Below, in pieces: positions 10,399 to 23,094 of a stretch of DNA of 64,000 bases. The position numbers and the translations under genes are program-made. Position 1 is the stretch's first letter, and every line of letters begins with the position of its first letter. The DNA is from Nitrosopumilaceae archaeon (GTDB lineage: Archaea > Thermoproteota > Nitrososphaeria > Nitrososphaerales > Nitrosopumilaceae), in contig CBDCCK010000002.1 in assembly GCA_965214835.1 (NCBI GenBank), forward strand, positions 2,368,001 to 2,432,000, in the 5' to 3' direction. The notes under the pieces were generated by a model. The model worked only from the letters and a program-made list of their open reading frames with translations. It searched no databases and was not told where the DNA came from.

Positions 10399-11487
10399 AT
10401 GTGTGATAGCCGCCAAAATGTCGCGTTGAGACTGTTGTGCGTCTGCCAGGAATCAAAATTACTTCCTGAACGGGAGATCATCGAAAACCTAGGGGAATAC
10501 TCGATAGCGTGGAAGATCGTCGGCACGAGTCAGTTCCTTGAAAAGGGCGTCAGAAGACTGCCCATACTAAACAGAACAAAAAAGAAAAAATTCGAAAGGC
10601 TGCTAGATGAGTTCAACCCCGATTTTGTCATGCTGGACAGTCCAAGCGAGCTGGGGCCTATTGCAGCCGGCAAAAAAATACCGGTGCTGGTGTATTTCTG
10701 GGACAACTGGTCGTACCGGGAAATGGAAAGGGACAAGATGGTTTATCGCAGCATGTATCATGCCGTACGGGCCCGCGTGATGAATCCCTGCCTGAAAAGG
10801 GCCTCCGTCATACTTGCCGAGACTGACTCCGTAGCCGATACCATAAGGGAGCACCATCCCCGAAGCAGCGTGACGACGTTCCCCTATTCCAGCATAGATA
10901 CGGACTATTGGAGCGGCGACGGGCGCAATGGCAGGGGCATGGCGCTGAGACATCCGTGCGTGGGCCTGTTGCAGCATGCCAACGAGTGGTTCAAGGCAAA
11001 GGAGATGCTCATCCTGCCCCGGGTCGTCGAGGCGCTCCCACACGTAACATTCTACTGGGCCGGCGACGGGCGGTACCGCGACAGGATACTGGGGCCGCTG
11101 GCCGGATACGACAACTTTGAGTGGCTGGGGGCACTCGAATACCCCGACAGGGTCAGGGACTATCTCTCCTCGATCGACATATACGGCCTTGCCAGCGCCA
11201 TCGAAATGTCGCCGTACTCGCTAAAACAGGCCATGTCCATGGGCGTGCCGGCGATCGTCACAGATAGTGACTACATATCAGCAACGATGCTGGACGGTAA
11301 GACGGGGTTTCTGGTCAGACGGGGGGATCATGAGGGATGGATAGAAAGGATCTTGCTGCTGCTAGGTGACGCAGAGAGGGCGCAGGAGGTGGGGAGGCAG
11401 GGGCGCAGGTTTGTACGGGACAGCTGGGACAGCAGGCTGGCAGCAGAAAAGCTTGTCGCCATCCTCAAAAGCGTCAGGTCAAAATGA
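10399..11487 (+). CDS. GT4-family glycosyltransferase (5' end possibly truncated by the IS)
   Basis: FYWAGDG, EMSPYSLKQAMSMGVP, DGKTGFLV GT-B motifs. Confidence 0.85.
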   Translation: MCDSRQNVALRLLCVCQESKLLPEREIIENLGEYSIAWKIVGTSQFLEKGVRRLPILNRTKKKKFERLLDEFNPDFVMLDSPSELGPIAAGKKIPVLVYFWDNWSYREMERDKMVYRSMYHAVRARVMNPCLKRASVILAETDSVADTIREHHPRSSVTTFPYSSIDTDYWSGDGRNGRGMALRHPCVGLLQHANEWFKAKEMLILPRVVEALPHVTFYWAGDGRYRDRILGPLAGYDNFEWLGALEYPDRVRDYLSSIDIYGLASAIEMSPYSLKQAMSMGVPAIVTDSDYISATMLDGKTGFLVRRGDHEGWIERILLLLGDAERAQEVGRQGRRFVRDSWDSRLAAEKLVAILKSVRSK

Positions 11488-11550
11488 GCGAATCCGAAGG
11501 GAACCAGATCAGGGTGGCCTTTATCTACAAGCCGTCGTGGAGGTACTATG
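11484..11550 (+). pseudogene. 5' stub of a further gene (probably glycosyltransferase-associated), cut by an IS
   Basis: ATGA overlap with the upstream GT; MSESEGNQIRVAFIYKPSWRYY ends at the IS end. Confidence 0.5.
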
Positions 11551-11795
11551 GGGGTTGTCGCCTAATTCACCTCAGGCCGCCTCCACCGGCACGCCAATCT
11601 TTGCGGCACACTCCATCCTGTTTTGCACCTCGATGTTCCATCCTGTGGCCCTGCACAGGCCGCACCTCCGGCGGGTAGACGCCTTTCTAAACCAGCACGT
11701 CAGCCTGTGGCCCTCTCTCCTCTGCGCCGAAGACGCACTCGATCAGCGAGCGCATCTTGTAGGCCTCGCTATCAAGCATCTTGGCTGCCTTTTTC

Positions 11796-13633
11796 GTAAC
11801 AGGTCGGGCTCGGGAAGTTCAGGCGTGAATCTTGCCACCTTGGAGGCCCCCTTGAGCAGCACCCCGGGTTAGCAGGAAGATCTGGAGGAATCACAACACA
11901 TAAAGATCCCAGGATCTGCCTTCCGGGTATTGGTTGGGGATCCTGACATTACGGACGTGGACTGGAGAATTCCCGACGTGATCCGCCTGTTTGAACACAT
12001 GAGGTCAAGGGTGGAGAAGGTTGAAAACGAGAACCAGCAGCAGCAAGAGGAAATCGGACAGCTGCAGAAAGTGATCCAGCAGCAGCAAGAGGAAATCGAA
12101 CGGCTAAGGACACTGCTCGGCCAGCAGATACCGGCGTCCGGATCCGGGCCGGCAGACGGCTCGGTCCCAAAGGAGGCCCGCAAAGAGCCGAACTCGCGCG
12201 GCTATAACGTGCGCAAGTTCCACGACTTTCCGCATCCTGAAAAGGCGGCCCCGAAAAAGAAGCCAGAGACCAAGGCAGTCACCCGCACGTGCACGGCAGA
12301 CGCCGAGTTCTGCCCCGGATGCGGCGACAAGCTCTCTGACTGGTGCGAAAGGTACACAAGAAAGTCCAAGGATCTGGTCGACGGCAAGTGGACCGAGACG
12401 GAATGGGACGTCACCAAGCGCTACTGCAAGTCATGCAAGAAAAAGCGCGCCGCCCCCGTGCCCGGCGTGCTGCCGGACGAGCATTACGGCACGCGCATCA
12501 TCGGGATAATCGTGTTTCTTCGCTGCATGTGTATATCCTTTGAAAAGATCCAGATCATACTGCACACGCTTCACGACGCCTACATACCAAAGTCCACCCT
12601 GATCCACCTGTGTGATGTATCGACTACCAGGATGATGCCTGTATATGACGGCATTCTGGAGGGAATACGGCGCTCAGAGTCCGTCGGGGGTGATGAGACG
12701 GGCTGGTTTCTCAACGGGACGGGCCACTGGGTCTGGGTGCTTGTGACCCGGTTCTCGGTGTTCTACCACATAGCGCCGTCCCGCTCAGGCGACGTCATAG
12801 ATTCCCTGATGGCAGCCTTTGACGGCATCGTCTCATCAGACTCGTACTCGGTGTGGAACCGCATCGGCGGCAAGCACCAAAAGTGCCTCCTGCACTACTT
12901 TCGGGACATGTACCTGACGCTGGATAAAAACGGCAGCGCCGAGTACGGCACGCTGTTTTACAGGCTGCGCGGCATCCTAAAGGACGCAATAGAGATGGGC
13001 AAGGCCACGCCCGGGGAGGTGCAGTGCCTCAAGTACCGCATACACAAGCTTGCCTCGGCCGCGTACACGGACACGGACTGCATCCGATATACAAAGCGCC
13101 TCAAAAGGGAGGTCGACGACCTGTTTACGTTCCTGGAGCATGACGTCGAGTATCACAACAACGGCAGCGAGAGGGTACTGCGCATGATTGCCGTGATACG
13201 GAAGATCCTGTACGGAAACAGATCCGAGAAGGGAATGAAGATGACTGAGACCATGTGTACAGTATACGCCACGTGTGAGCTGCGCGGCGTCAACTTTTGC
13301 TCGTTCGTAACGGACTATCTTGACGGCAGGGTCACGGAGATCCCGATGCCTGCCCCGCAAGTCGGCGCGGCGGCAGCATAAACAAAGGCATGACAGGCCC
13401 TGCAGGCACGCCCTGAATCCGGATGCGCATGGCTGCTGCCATGGAATAGCAATACAATGATAGCGGTGGCTGCCGTAAATGGTGTGCGGTACACGAATTC
13501 GGTTCCGCTCATGTGCCACCGCAGTCCGGAGCCCGAAAAACATGGCAGATTGTGCCAAAATCCAGCTTCCGGAGCCCGATCAGACAGATTCGTGCCTGGA
13601 ATCAGGAACAGCTTCCGGAGCCCGACCTGTTAC
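11796..13633 (+). mobile_element. IS66-family single-ORF element, type C
   Basis: TIR GTAACAGGTCGGGCTC; 8-bp TSD CCTTTTTC. Confidence 0.95.
11930..13381 (+). CDS. IS66-family transposase
   Basis: GGDETGW, SDSY, QKCLLH, NNGSERVLR, CxxC motifs. Confidence 0.92.
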   Translation: MVGDPDITDVDWRIPDVIRLFEHMRSRVEKVENENQQQQEEIGQLQKVIQQQQEEIERLRTLLGQQIPASGSGPADGSVPKEARKEPNSRGYNVRKFHDFPHPEKAAPKKKPETKAVTRTCTADAEFCPGCGDKLSDWCERYTRKSKDLVDGKWTETEWDVTKRYCKSCKKKRAAPVPGVLPDEHYGTRIIGIIVFLRCMCISFEKIQIILHTLHDAYIPKSTLIHLCDVSTTRMMPVYDGILEGIRRSESVGGDETGWFLNGTGHWVWVLVTRFSVFYHIAPSRSGDVIDSLMAAFDGIVSSDSYSVWNRIGGKHQKCLLHYFRDMYLTLDKNGSAEYGTLFYRLRGILKDAIEMGKATPGEVQCLKYRIHKLASAAYTDTDCIRYTKRLKREVDDLFTFLEHDVEYHNNGSERVLRMIAVIRKILYGNRSEKGMKMTETMCTVYATCELRGVNFCSFVTDYLDGRVTEIPMPAPQVGAAAA

Positions 13634-14853
13634 CCTTTTTCCTGTACTTTGTTTTGGTGTTGACCGCGTTTGACCTCTGCTTGATGTTGGGTTTCATTCC
13701 GGCCTCTATGACGAGCCTTACGTTCCTGTCCGAGTCATACCACTTGTCGGCGTTGAAGATGCCGGAGAACCTGATGCCGGTCCTCTTGATCCCCCTGAGA
13801 AGATCTTCCAGGATGGTGGTGTCTGCCATCTTGTCTGACGTGATGCGGCAGGCCACGATAACCTGCAGGCCTGTGACGGCGGCCACGTGCCATTTGATGT
13901 ATTTCTTGTAGGATTTGGATTTTCTGATCCTTTCGGCCTTTTTGGCGGTCTTGGGCTTGAGATCTTTCTTCCTCCTCTTGTCGTTTCTGTCCGTAACGAC
14001 TCTGGTGCTGTTGGCTGCAAGCATGAGCGTCGACGGATCATGCCCGGCAAGGCACATTCGTGCAGTCTCGTCCACAATCGCCTCCAGCCACTTGTGGGGA
14101 ATCTTTTGCATGAGCTTGCCGATGGTGCTGTGGTCAGGTATAGGCTCGTCCCATGGCAGACTCGGGCTCCCAGCAAGGTCCTGCATGTCGCGGTACGTCT
14201 TGTTCCAGCATACCATCAGGATGCACAGGCAGGCAAGCTTGTCTCTGCCGTGGACCGTGGGTCATCCTAGCCCCGAATTGGTCTGGACAGGACACGGGTT
14301 CTCCTTGATCAAAGAAACTATGTTGGATATGAGGAACCCGGATTCTTTGGTGTGGGCAGCGTGGTAGTACATGTAGCACCCCTTGCGCCTTTTGTGCTTC
14401 TTCATTAACTACCCCACACCCGATCTGATCAATATGTGTGGGGATTGAGAAAATTAGGCCAAATTATCTAATTAGGCGACAACCCCGGCCCAAAGCGCGG
14501 ACTGTACATACACGTTTACTCGCGCCTAGATCTTGACGAGGTGTGCGAGGGTCTTGAGTATGTCGTTGCGCCCTGCGAGCAGGTGACCGGGCGGGACAGC
14601 CCAAATACTGGCACATGGTAACAGTGGGAGGCCGTACTCAGGAAGAGGTGGCATGAGGGTCGTTCCATGCAGAAAACATGTCCGGATTTGTGTGTAGGAA
14701 AAGGCCGTAGCGCGCACAGTTGACAGTGGGATGTTTTTTATCGCATGCACGATATGTCAAAATTATGTTCCAATTTTTGATGTGCGTACTATGCAAGCTT
14801 GCCGCCGAAGCTGTACCCCGTCTTGGTGTACTGAGCAATTATGGTCTTCACGT

Positions 14854-16270
14854 CAGTAGTTCCTCGATGTACTTTTGCAGGCACGATAATTACGCAATTT
14901 GCCGAGATTTTTTGACCATCATACTATAGATCAGGCGGTGTGCCAACCATCATCATGTCAGTAACACAAAACGACGTGTTTGCACACCAGTTTGACATAA
15001 CATCGAGACAGTTTAAAACATTGCGACGGCGGTTTCCCAAGCTCGGGCTGGCCGTCTCAAAGAGTCGCAACGCAGTGTATGACCACATCGACGCACTGCG
15101 CGTTCTATATTTCATGTCTGAGAGGAGGATGTTTGCAGAATCTGCCGTGACGCACCTTCGCAGGCGGGCCTCAAAATGCAGCAGGCAGCAGCATGACGAC
15201 GGGGCTGCCTCCAAGGGCGGCGCGTATAGTTGCCGTACGCCTAGTTCGGACTGGATCCTAAAGGCGATCCGGGGCGTCAGCCTGGATGATGCGCAAAAGT
15301 GGTGCAGCTCCATGCTGCAGCATACGGTAAGGTGCGCCCGCAGGTCAGGCATGCTGCACAACACGGACGTCGTGGCAGTGGACGTTACCGACGTGGAATA
15401 CTATGGCAAGGGTCTGGAGGATATCACCAGAAAGTCAAAGCCCAAGAACGGCACGTCGACGTTTCTCTCGCACATTACCATGCACGGAATAGGATCAGAT
15501 GACGGGTCTGACCTCGTGCTTTCCTCGCTACAGCTTCCAAAAGAGGCAAAACTGGCCGATTTCGTGCCCAAGATGATCCGCAAGGCGTCCAGATCAGGGA
15601 TGAGGATCAAGACGTTCCTGTATGACCGCGGGTTCTTTAACGTGGACTGCATGAGGGCTGCAGAAACAAGCACGGGCAGCTACATCATGCCTGCCGTCAA
15701 GAACAGGAGGATAGTGGCGGCAATAGAGGAGCATGACCGCGGAGAACGCGGTGCGGTATCAAAATATACAATGACCAACAAGGACGGCAAGAGCGCCACA
15801 TTCAGGCTGATCATTGTGGAAAAGGACGAGGTAGAAAAGGACGGCACGGCAGCAGCAAAGAAGGACAAGGCAGAGGGGACCATAGCCGACAGGTACCAGG
15901 GTCTTTGCCACCAACATGTCTGCTAAAAGTGCAGAGGCAGTCATTGAGCAGATGCCGGAGGAGTACCGCAGTCGGTGGGGAATCGAGACGGGGTTCAGGG
16001 TGATCAAGGGGATGATGGGCAAGACGTGCAGCAACTCCCCGGCAGTCAGGCTGCTGCTGTTCTATATGTCTGTCATACTGTACAACCTGTGGAGGACTGC
16101 CGTGTTCATAGACGTGGAATCCAAGTGGGACGGATTTGCAGGAGGGAAGGGGTTTACCATGATGCTGTTTGTCGCGTGCATTGTCGATGCGGCCGACTCG
16201 TTTGTAAACGATCGCGGAAAGTAGCGGAGGTGCCGTGTCGGGTCTGCAAAAGTACATCTAGGAAGTACTG
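14854..16270 (+). mobile_element. ISH3-family element, transposase frameshifted
   Basis: TIR CAGTA(G/C)TTCCT(C/A)GATGTACTTTTGCAG; TSD ACGT. Confidence 0.88.
14940..16224 (+). pseudogene. ISH3-family transposase (+1 G near 15900)
   Basis: AVDVTDVEYYG, YDRGFF, YRSRWGIETGFR; FATN junction is out of frame. Confidence 0.85.
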
Positions 16271-16548
16271 ACGTGCAATACCATCCGGGTGCAGTCGTGG
16301 TTGGGGAGTACATGCTTGGCCTCGTGGAGTACGAGCTGTAGCTGCTTGTATGGTGTGGAGCAAAAGTTCTTCAATACATATGGGCATGAACTACGCAGGG
16401 AGATGCTTTCCGTTGTTGAAGAAGTTATGTTTTTCGCTATACAGTGATTCCTCGGTGCATCCCTTGTGTACATGTGACTCGGCATTGCGCAGCATATGCA
16501 TCCAGTACCTCTGCGGACTCTCGTACCTGCGGTACGGCTTGTTGCTGT

Positions 16549-16680
16549 GGAGTTGTCGCATAATTCCACCTACCTGACTCAATCTGTATGCTTTTCTGAA
16601 TTTCCAACCACCTCTGCACGCCTCGATCCGGATAACATCGTACGGCCTTTATGGGTTCTGATGAATTAGACGACAACCCA
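16549..16680. mobile_element. MITE family M1, degenerate copy
   Basis: GGAGTTGTCGCATAATTC...GAATTAGACGACAACCC; interior similar to 1185-1313. Confidence 0.75.
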
Positions 16681-19600
16681 ATTTCTACATGAAAGGCATG
16701 GATGTGCCACATGCTGCAAGCTTTAGCAACGCTGATCCATTTATCTTATAAGGATTCAAACAAAGGTTAGAAACATGCGTAGCGCAACAGCACGAAAAAT
16801 AGCCGGTCTTGTGCTAATGGCATCCATGGCTGCATGTGTGGTGTCCATTGGCATCCCCGGCGTAATGCCGGCAGCAGCACAATACCTTGGAAACGTCGGC
16901 GACGTAGATCCACCGGAATACGGCATTGGGGGATTGATGATCGGTGGTGCTGGAGAGGCACCCGTTAACCTGCTTGTCTCCGCAGTAAACTCGCAGTCTA
17001 ACAGCTATGTTGCAGGACCTCAGGTAATAGAGGTAATAGTCGATGATCCGGGCATCTCAGATACAGACGAGGGAGAGGGCGAGCCGGACGTCGAGATAAA
17101 CGGCAGCGACCTGAGAATGGTTCAGGCCACCGACGGCAGGTGGTACGCCTACTTTGCAAGCCTTGAGCATGCGCGTACAGCTGACGGCACAACCCTGACA
17201 CCGGGAAAAGGATTGGACTATGGCTCGTTCTGTAGCTCTGACACTGCAATCCTGGGATCGGGGGTAGCCGGCTCTGACGGCATCGCAATACCGATAGCGG
17301 GGGGTGCCAATGGTGATGATGCCATGAATGACTGCTCCGGTCTTGCTGCTGATGGCAGCTCTGTGAGCATCAACAACGTAGTCAGGCGGGCAAAGGCAGT
17401 AAACGAGAATTCCGGCGCAAACGGAATCGGCCAGATCGGCTTGGCACATGAGAGCCTGTGGCCCTTCATCCAGCTCTACACATTCAGCCCGGCCGATAGC
17501 ATCATTATCGATTATAACCGAGTCCGATCAACGACACTTGTCTTTGATGCCGTTGAGGGATTTGCCGACATGGAGCTTGACAGGGCAGTCTATCCCCCGG
17601 GTTCGCACGTCCACGTAACGGTAACCGATGCGTGGCTAAACATCGACCCGACAGACGAGGACTCGTGGACTTGGGAGACCGCCGGTCCCAATGAGGGGGA
17701 TGCATACTATGACGTCTTTGGGGCAGGCAATGCTGGGGTACCCGACGGCATTGGTGCTGATGGCACCCTGCTTGTCAATCCAATAACCTCTGACGACGAC
17801 CTCATGCAGGGGGCTGCCGTCTTGCTGCTGGATGCTAGCACGCAGGGCAGCACGGTTATGGAACTTCGGGGAAACCGCAACGCCATGATGGCGGTTCCGG
17901 GACTTGAGCGGCCGGTAACCCTTACAGAGCAGGGCCAAAACAGCGGCACGTTCGGGACATATGACGAGTCAGATGACTCACTTCTTGTGGTTGCCGACGA
18001 TGCACGCAGGGGTGACTCTGCCACCATCCGCTACAGCGACGACCCGCGCACGGTTCTTGTAGGGTTTGGGTCTGCAACGCTTGACATCTTGCCAGTAGAC
18101 GGGGGCCGGGGTTCCGGCAGGGAGGTTGAAGTGGTACTGGTCGACGGCGATGCAAACAAGAACAGCAGGGTAGTGGAGAATCTGCTTCTGTCCGATCCGA
18201 GCACTGCACTGATACCAAGCCTTGTGACCGGAGACCCGTTCACACTGGGCGAGGGTGATGACCCCGGGGCATTCCTGATCCGGGATTCTCTTGCAAGCGA
18301 TGCAGGCATGGCCGGTCTTGAGGTTCAGCCGCTCAGCGAGAGGGCAATTGTCTCAATTGTCTCGGCGATGGATGGCTCCATGGTAAATGCCTCTGGACTG
18401 CTAATTGACCTGGATACTACCATGGCAGAGCTACGCGAGACAATCCAGTACTCAGACACAACAGGCTGGAGTACTGACTTTAAGGGATACAACCTGCTCA
18501 ACTATGACGTTGATTCGCTTACTGACTATAATGCTGTAGACAACATTGAGATAAAATTGGTCAAAGTTGGCGACTCTTCACCCGGATACGCCAGTCCTGT
18601 CACGCTGGCCACAGGCAGCCATGGCCTGGTAAACCTGAGTCTTGACTCTGTCAATGACCATCTGTTCAACGCAACATTCGATGACTCTGACAGCATAGGA
18701 ATACTGTACACCTGGAGTCCGACCCAAATAAGCGAGGGAGACTATCCGATAGTCACCGACTTTTTCTCATTTGGATTCAACGATGACGGAGACCGGGCAT
18801 CCGAACGGGTCGCCAACCAGATAATCCGATTCGAGATGCAGGAACATGATCACAACTCTGATGCCTTCGTGGCTGATCTAGGGCATGTAGTGGTCAACCA
18901 GCTCAACATCCTTGACGAATCAACGTACGAGACGTACCCGATCTCCGATGACCCGAGCTTCGTCGTAGTCGAGGATCTCACCGGCGAGGACTCGCCGAGG
19001 ATAGACTATCTTGACCTAGGAGCCGACGGCGTCTCCACGCAAATCGCCGAACGGCGGGCGGTACCATCCCATTCGGGAGTCGTGTCATTTGACTCGGACA
19101 CCTACAAGGTTGCAGACACGGTCACAGTCAGGCTTGACGATGCCGACATGAACGCAGATGGTAGTGTCATCGACATCTTTACGGTGGTCAAAGTAGAGGA
19201 TGATCCGGCATTTGACATGGTAGGCGTACCGGGTCTCCCAGAGCTTGCATTCGGTCCGCTTGGAGGGCTGCTGGAGATCACGTTTGATGACCAGCGGTGG
19301 CTTGACTCCCAAGCTGGTGCTGTCAGATGTAACGACAGCTTTGACGGTGATGACGGCTTGGGCGCAACGGGAATTCGCATGATTGAGACAGGAGCAGACT
19401 CCGGCACCTTCGTCGGCTACTTTCAGATCCCGACCGAATACTGTGCAAGATCAGACAGCACTGCAGAATGGGCATCCGTAGTCGGCACCGACATTGAGGT
19501 CAACTATGTCGACTTTATGGACGCATCTGGCAAAACCATCGAGGTCGGTGATTCGGCAAGCATCAGAGCATACACCGGCACCGTAAGCCTTGACAGGACG

Positions 19601-20574
19601 GTCTATCCGATCCCGTGGGGGCTTCAGTTCGACGACGGCTCGATATTCCCACTGCACGCAACGGCCATCGACGGCAGCGTAGATCGGGAGGATGAGACGC
19701 TGGGTGAAGGCGTTCTTACGATATACGCAAGAGTATCCGACCAGGATTTTAATGTCTCGGCCTCATATGAGGACGTAATCGAAACCGATGTTTCCACTGT
19801 TGGCGGAACCGGTGTCGGTCCTGTAAGGATCACGGTCTCAAGAGGCGGTGAGAGTGCGGTAATCGCATATGCGGGAGGCAAAACGCCTGGCAATGACTTT
19901 GAGCTCAACGGCCGCATGGTCCAAGACCTTGGGCCGATCTCGGAGATCTCACCCGATGCGGGAGTCTTCGAGCTTGACTTTACCATGAGATTTGACGACG
20001 GCCCGGAAGACAGCGACTGTCCGACGACGGCCACCGGCGGATGCATCCTGCGGGGGGATATCCTTACCGTAGAGTATGTCGATCCGACCGATGTGGCAGG
20101 TGATCCGGGTATTGCTGCCGACTCGGCGATATTTGATCTCAGAGACGGCGCGCTCCGGTCAGACAAGCTAGTCTACATCATAGGCAGCAACATGATCCTG
20201 ACTGTCATCGAGCCGGATTGGAACCTTGACGGTGACGCAGCAGAGACATATGATCTGGACGTCCTGGGATGGGACTCTGGTGCGACAACTACTACCATGG
20301 GGGACAGAGGCATTGATGCGGCAGCATTTGATCCTGAGCCGGCCTACCTGTGGGAGACCGGTGATGGCACTGGAATATTCCAGGTCATAGTCAAGATTCC
20401 TGCCATTCTAGCCGGTGACCGTCTAGGAAGGGGCGAGCAGGTTGTCTTGGAATACATCGACTGGGGCCCGTCCAGAGCAGGTTATGTCGGAGAGGATGGC
20501 GAGGCCATTGGCCTAGACTTGTTCACGTCCATCTTTGGCGCCACCGTAGAGCTTGACCAGAAGGTCTATACCTG

Positions 20575-21659
20575 AGAAGCGATTCTTAATTAGCAGATTT
20601 TGACCCACTTGGGCACTAATCTATGCCTGACGGATCAAAATACCTGTAAAACCATGTACAAATCATGTGTTTGATCGATAGACTGACAAAAAACCCACGG
20701 ACGTTCCGGATGCTTGTAGGAATGACCGAGGCAGAGTTTGACCAGCTGTGTACCGAGGTGCAAAAGAAATTTCCAGATACCGAGAAGAAGAGGCTCTCAA
20801 GGCCCGACCGTGTGCGGGATATAGGCGCAGGCAGGCCCTTTGCCCTGGATCTGAGGAACCGCGTACTGCTGGTCTTGTTCTACTACAGGACGTACGTCTC
20901 CCAGGACGTGGCTGGCGCCATGTTCGGTATAGGACAGGCGTCGGTCTCGCGCTCCATAAGCCTGACTGAGCCCCTGCTAAAACAATGCCTGCCGATCCCC
21001 GAGAAGATTTACAAGGACTCCAAGAGGATCTCCTCAGTCGAGGAGCTGGCCGAGATCTTCCCGGGGATGGTGTGCCTGACTGACGCCTCCGAGCAGCCCA
21101 CAAACAGGCCCAAGAGAAAGGACATGGAAAAGTCGCACTATTCGGGCAAGGCAGGCACGCACACGGCCAAGGTCCAGTATACGGTCAACATACACGGTGC
21201 CATAGTGCACAAGACCCCGCACTCGCCGGGGCGCGTAAACGACGTCAAGATATACCAGATGAAGCATCCCACGTTCTGGAGCGGTGAGGAGGACGGCGAG
21301 GAGCTGCGGCACTATATGGATCGCGGATACCAGGGTGCGCAGCACATCGATGCAGGGACGAAGGTTATACTTCCAATCAAGAAGAGTCCTGGCGGCAAGC
21401 TGACCGACGATGAAAAAGAGTACAACAGAACACACTCAAAGATACGGGTGTACGTGGAGAATGGCATACGCAGGGTCAAGACATTCAAGATAATGAGCTA
21501 CAAGTACAGAAACAGGCTCAGAAAGTACGATCTGGCCAACAGTATCGTGTGCGGGCTGGTCAACCTGAGGATACTGGAACGGATAGCCGCTGTGGCCTGA
21601 AAAACACGGCAGAAAACAACTGCAACCTGCCACTCGTAATTTAATTACGGATTGCTTCT
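20575..21659 (+). mobile_element. IS5-family (ISL2-like, HTH_Tnp_4/DDE_Tnp_4) element
   Basis: Imperfect TIR AGAAGC(G/A)AT(T/C)C(T/G)TAATTA; 3-bp TSD CTG. Confidence 0.9.
20665..21600 (+). CDS. IS5-family transposase
   Basis: TDASEQ, YSGK, MDRGYQG, RVYVENGIRRVK. Confidence 0.92.
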   Translation: MCLIDRLTKNPRTFRMLVGMTEAEFDQLCTEVQKKFPDTEKKRLSRPDRVRDIGAGRPFALDLRNRVLLVLFYYRTYVSQDVAGAMFGIGQASVSRSISLTEPLLKQCLPIPEKIYKDSKRISSVEELAEIFPGMVCLTDASEQPTNRPKRKDMEKSHYSGKAGTHTAKVQYTVNIHGAIVHKTPHSPGRVNDVKIYQMKHPTFWSGEEDGEELRHYMDRGYQGAQHIDAGTKVILPIKKSPGGKLTDDEKEYNRTHSKIRVYVENGIRRVKTFKIMSYKYRNRLRKYDLANSIVCGLVNLRILERIAAVA

Positions 21660-23094
21660 CTGGACCGACAAGGTTCACATTACCGTATTTGCACCCGAGC
21701 ACAACAGCGACGGCTACCTCATTGATGAGATAGGCAGGGACGCACTCGATCCAGTCAGGGTCGCCACCAGGGGACATGAGCTTGGCCAATACAGGCTGGT
21801 CGAGACCGGCACTGATACCGGCGTATTTTCAGGCGCGGTAACCCTTACCGGGTTCGCATACGATGCAGACAGCAACGAGCAGACCGGAGACGAGAACGGC
21901 CATGACGCCAACCCGAGAACCGGCGACTTTGCAGGAGGCGGAAGGGACGGCCTGGGCCCGACCGACGGATTCCTGCAATCCGGTGATGACGACGTCATTA
22001 CGGTCTCCTTTGAATCGTCAGGGGACAAACCCGTGTTCAGCTCTGCATTGATCCAGTGGAACATCGGCGAGGTAACTTGGCTGGATGCAGGCCATCTGAC
22101 AGGCGGAAAAGGCGTGTTGCAGGTGGTAGACCCGGACATGAACCTGAACCCAGAGTCAGTCGACAGCTTTGGCGTCGACGTCTGGTCGGATTCAGACTCT
22201 GGCGGCATTGACCTGATCGTAACTGAAACCGGCGAGGCAACCGGCATCTTCGAAGGTACGGTATTCTTTACTGCCGTTGACAAGTCATACGGCCACGTAC
22301 TCAGGGTTTCAGAGGGCGATGCGGTCACCGGGGAGTACGAGGACAATACCCTGCCCGGCCCATACACGGCTGCAGATGGGCTAAGCATTTTTGCAACCAT
22401 GACCGGAGCGATCGTGCCATCCCTGGAAGGAGCACGTCTCTTTGAGCCCTTTGACAGCCTTGAGGCGTGGATTGAGGAGGGCGAGGTAGACTGGCGCGTG
22501 GGGCCCCCAAAGGAGGGCGGCCACCCGCCGGGCCACTCTGCGGCAGCAAACACGGTGGCAAAGGCAGACAACTGTGACTCCGAATGCAGGTTGGTCCTCT
22601 CAGACGGGCTGGATCTGACCGGGTACGACTCGGCTGTCATGACGCTCTACAGGTACGTCGATGACGACCTTGACGGCGGGGAGTACCTCAGGGTGGACGT
22701 CTCAGACGATGGTGGGGCAAGCTGGACTAGTGCATACGACTGGCAGGGGGGCCGGGACGACGATGACACGTGGATCCGGCACACGCTGGATCTGGCAGAT
22801 CATCTGGCATCAAGTGACTTTAAGGTGAGGCTGGCAGCAAAGGCGTCCCTATCGTCGGAGGATATGATGATCGATACCCTGATCATAGATGGTGTGGTGT
22901 CGGGCAGAACAGCTGCAGCCAGCGTCGGATTCGGAGAAGGTTCCGGATCATCACAGGCCTGTGCAGAAACAAACGATTGCTTTGTGCCAGAAACTGTCAC
23001 CATTGATGCCGGCAGAAAGGTCGTATGGGTTAACAGTGATACTACACACCATACAGTATATTCGGGCACGTTTAAGGATTTGAGACCTGGCACT

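Larger units (their letters stand above)
11551..14486 (-). mobile_element. IS5-like DDE element (defective), interrupted by IS66 type C
   Basis: TIR GGGGTTGTCGCCTAATT at both ends; transposase pieces from ~14405 (PDHST, YIKWH, ADKWYDS) and YKMRSLIECVFG near 11725-11765; no flanking TSD. Confidence 0.82.

Noticed and set aside
13563-13625. CAGCTTCCGGAGCCCGA repeated ~47 bp apart as a fourth scar
   Set aside because: Only 17 bp, subterminal to the IS66-C TIR and also present in the other copy; likely transposase-binding sites.
21714-22640. Long antisense ORFs here and over other GC-rich genes and transposases
   Set aside because: Shadow ORFs with no recognisable motifs.
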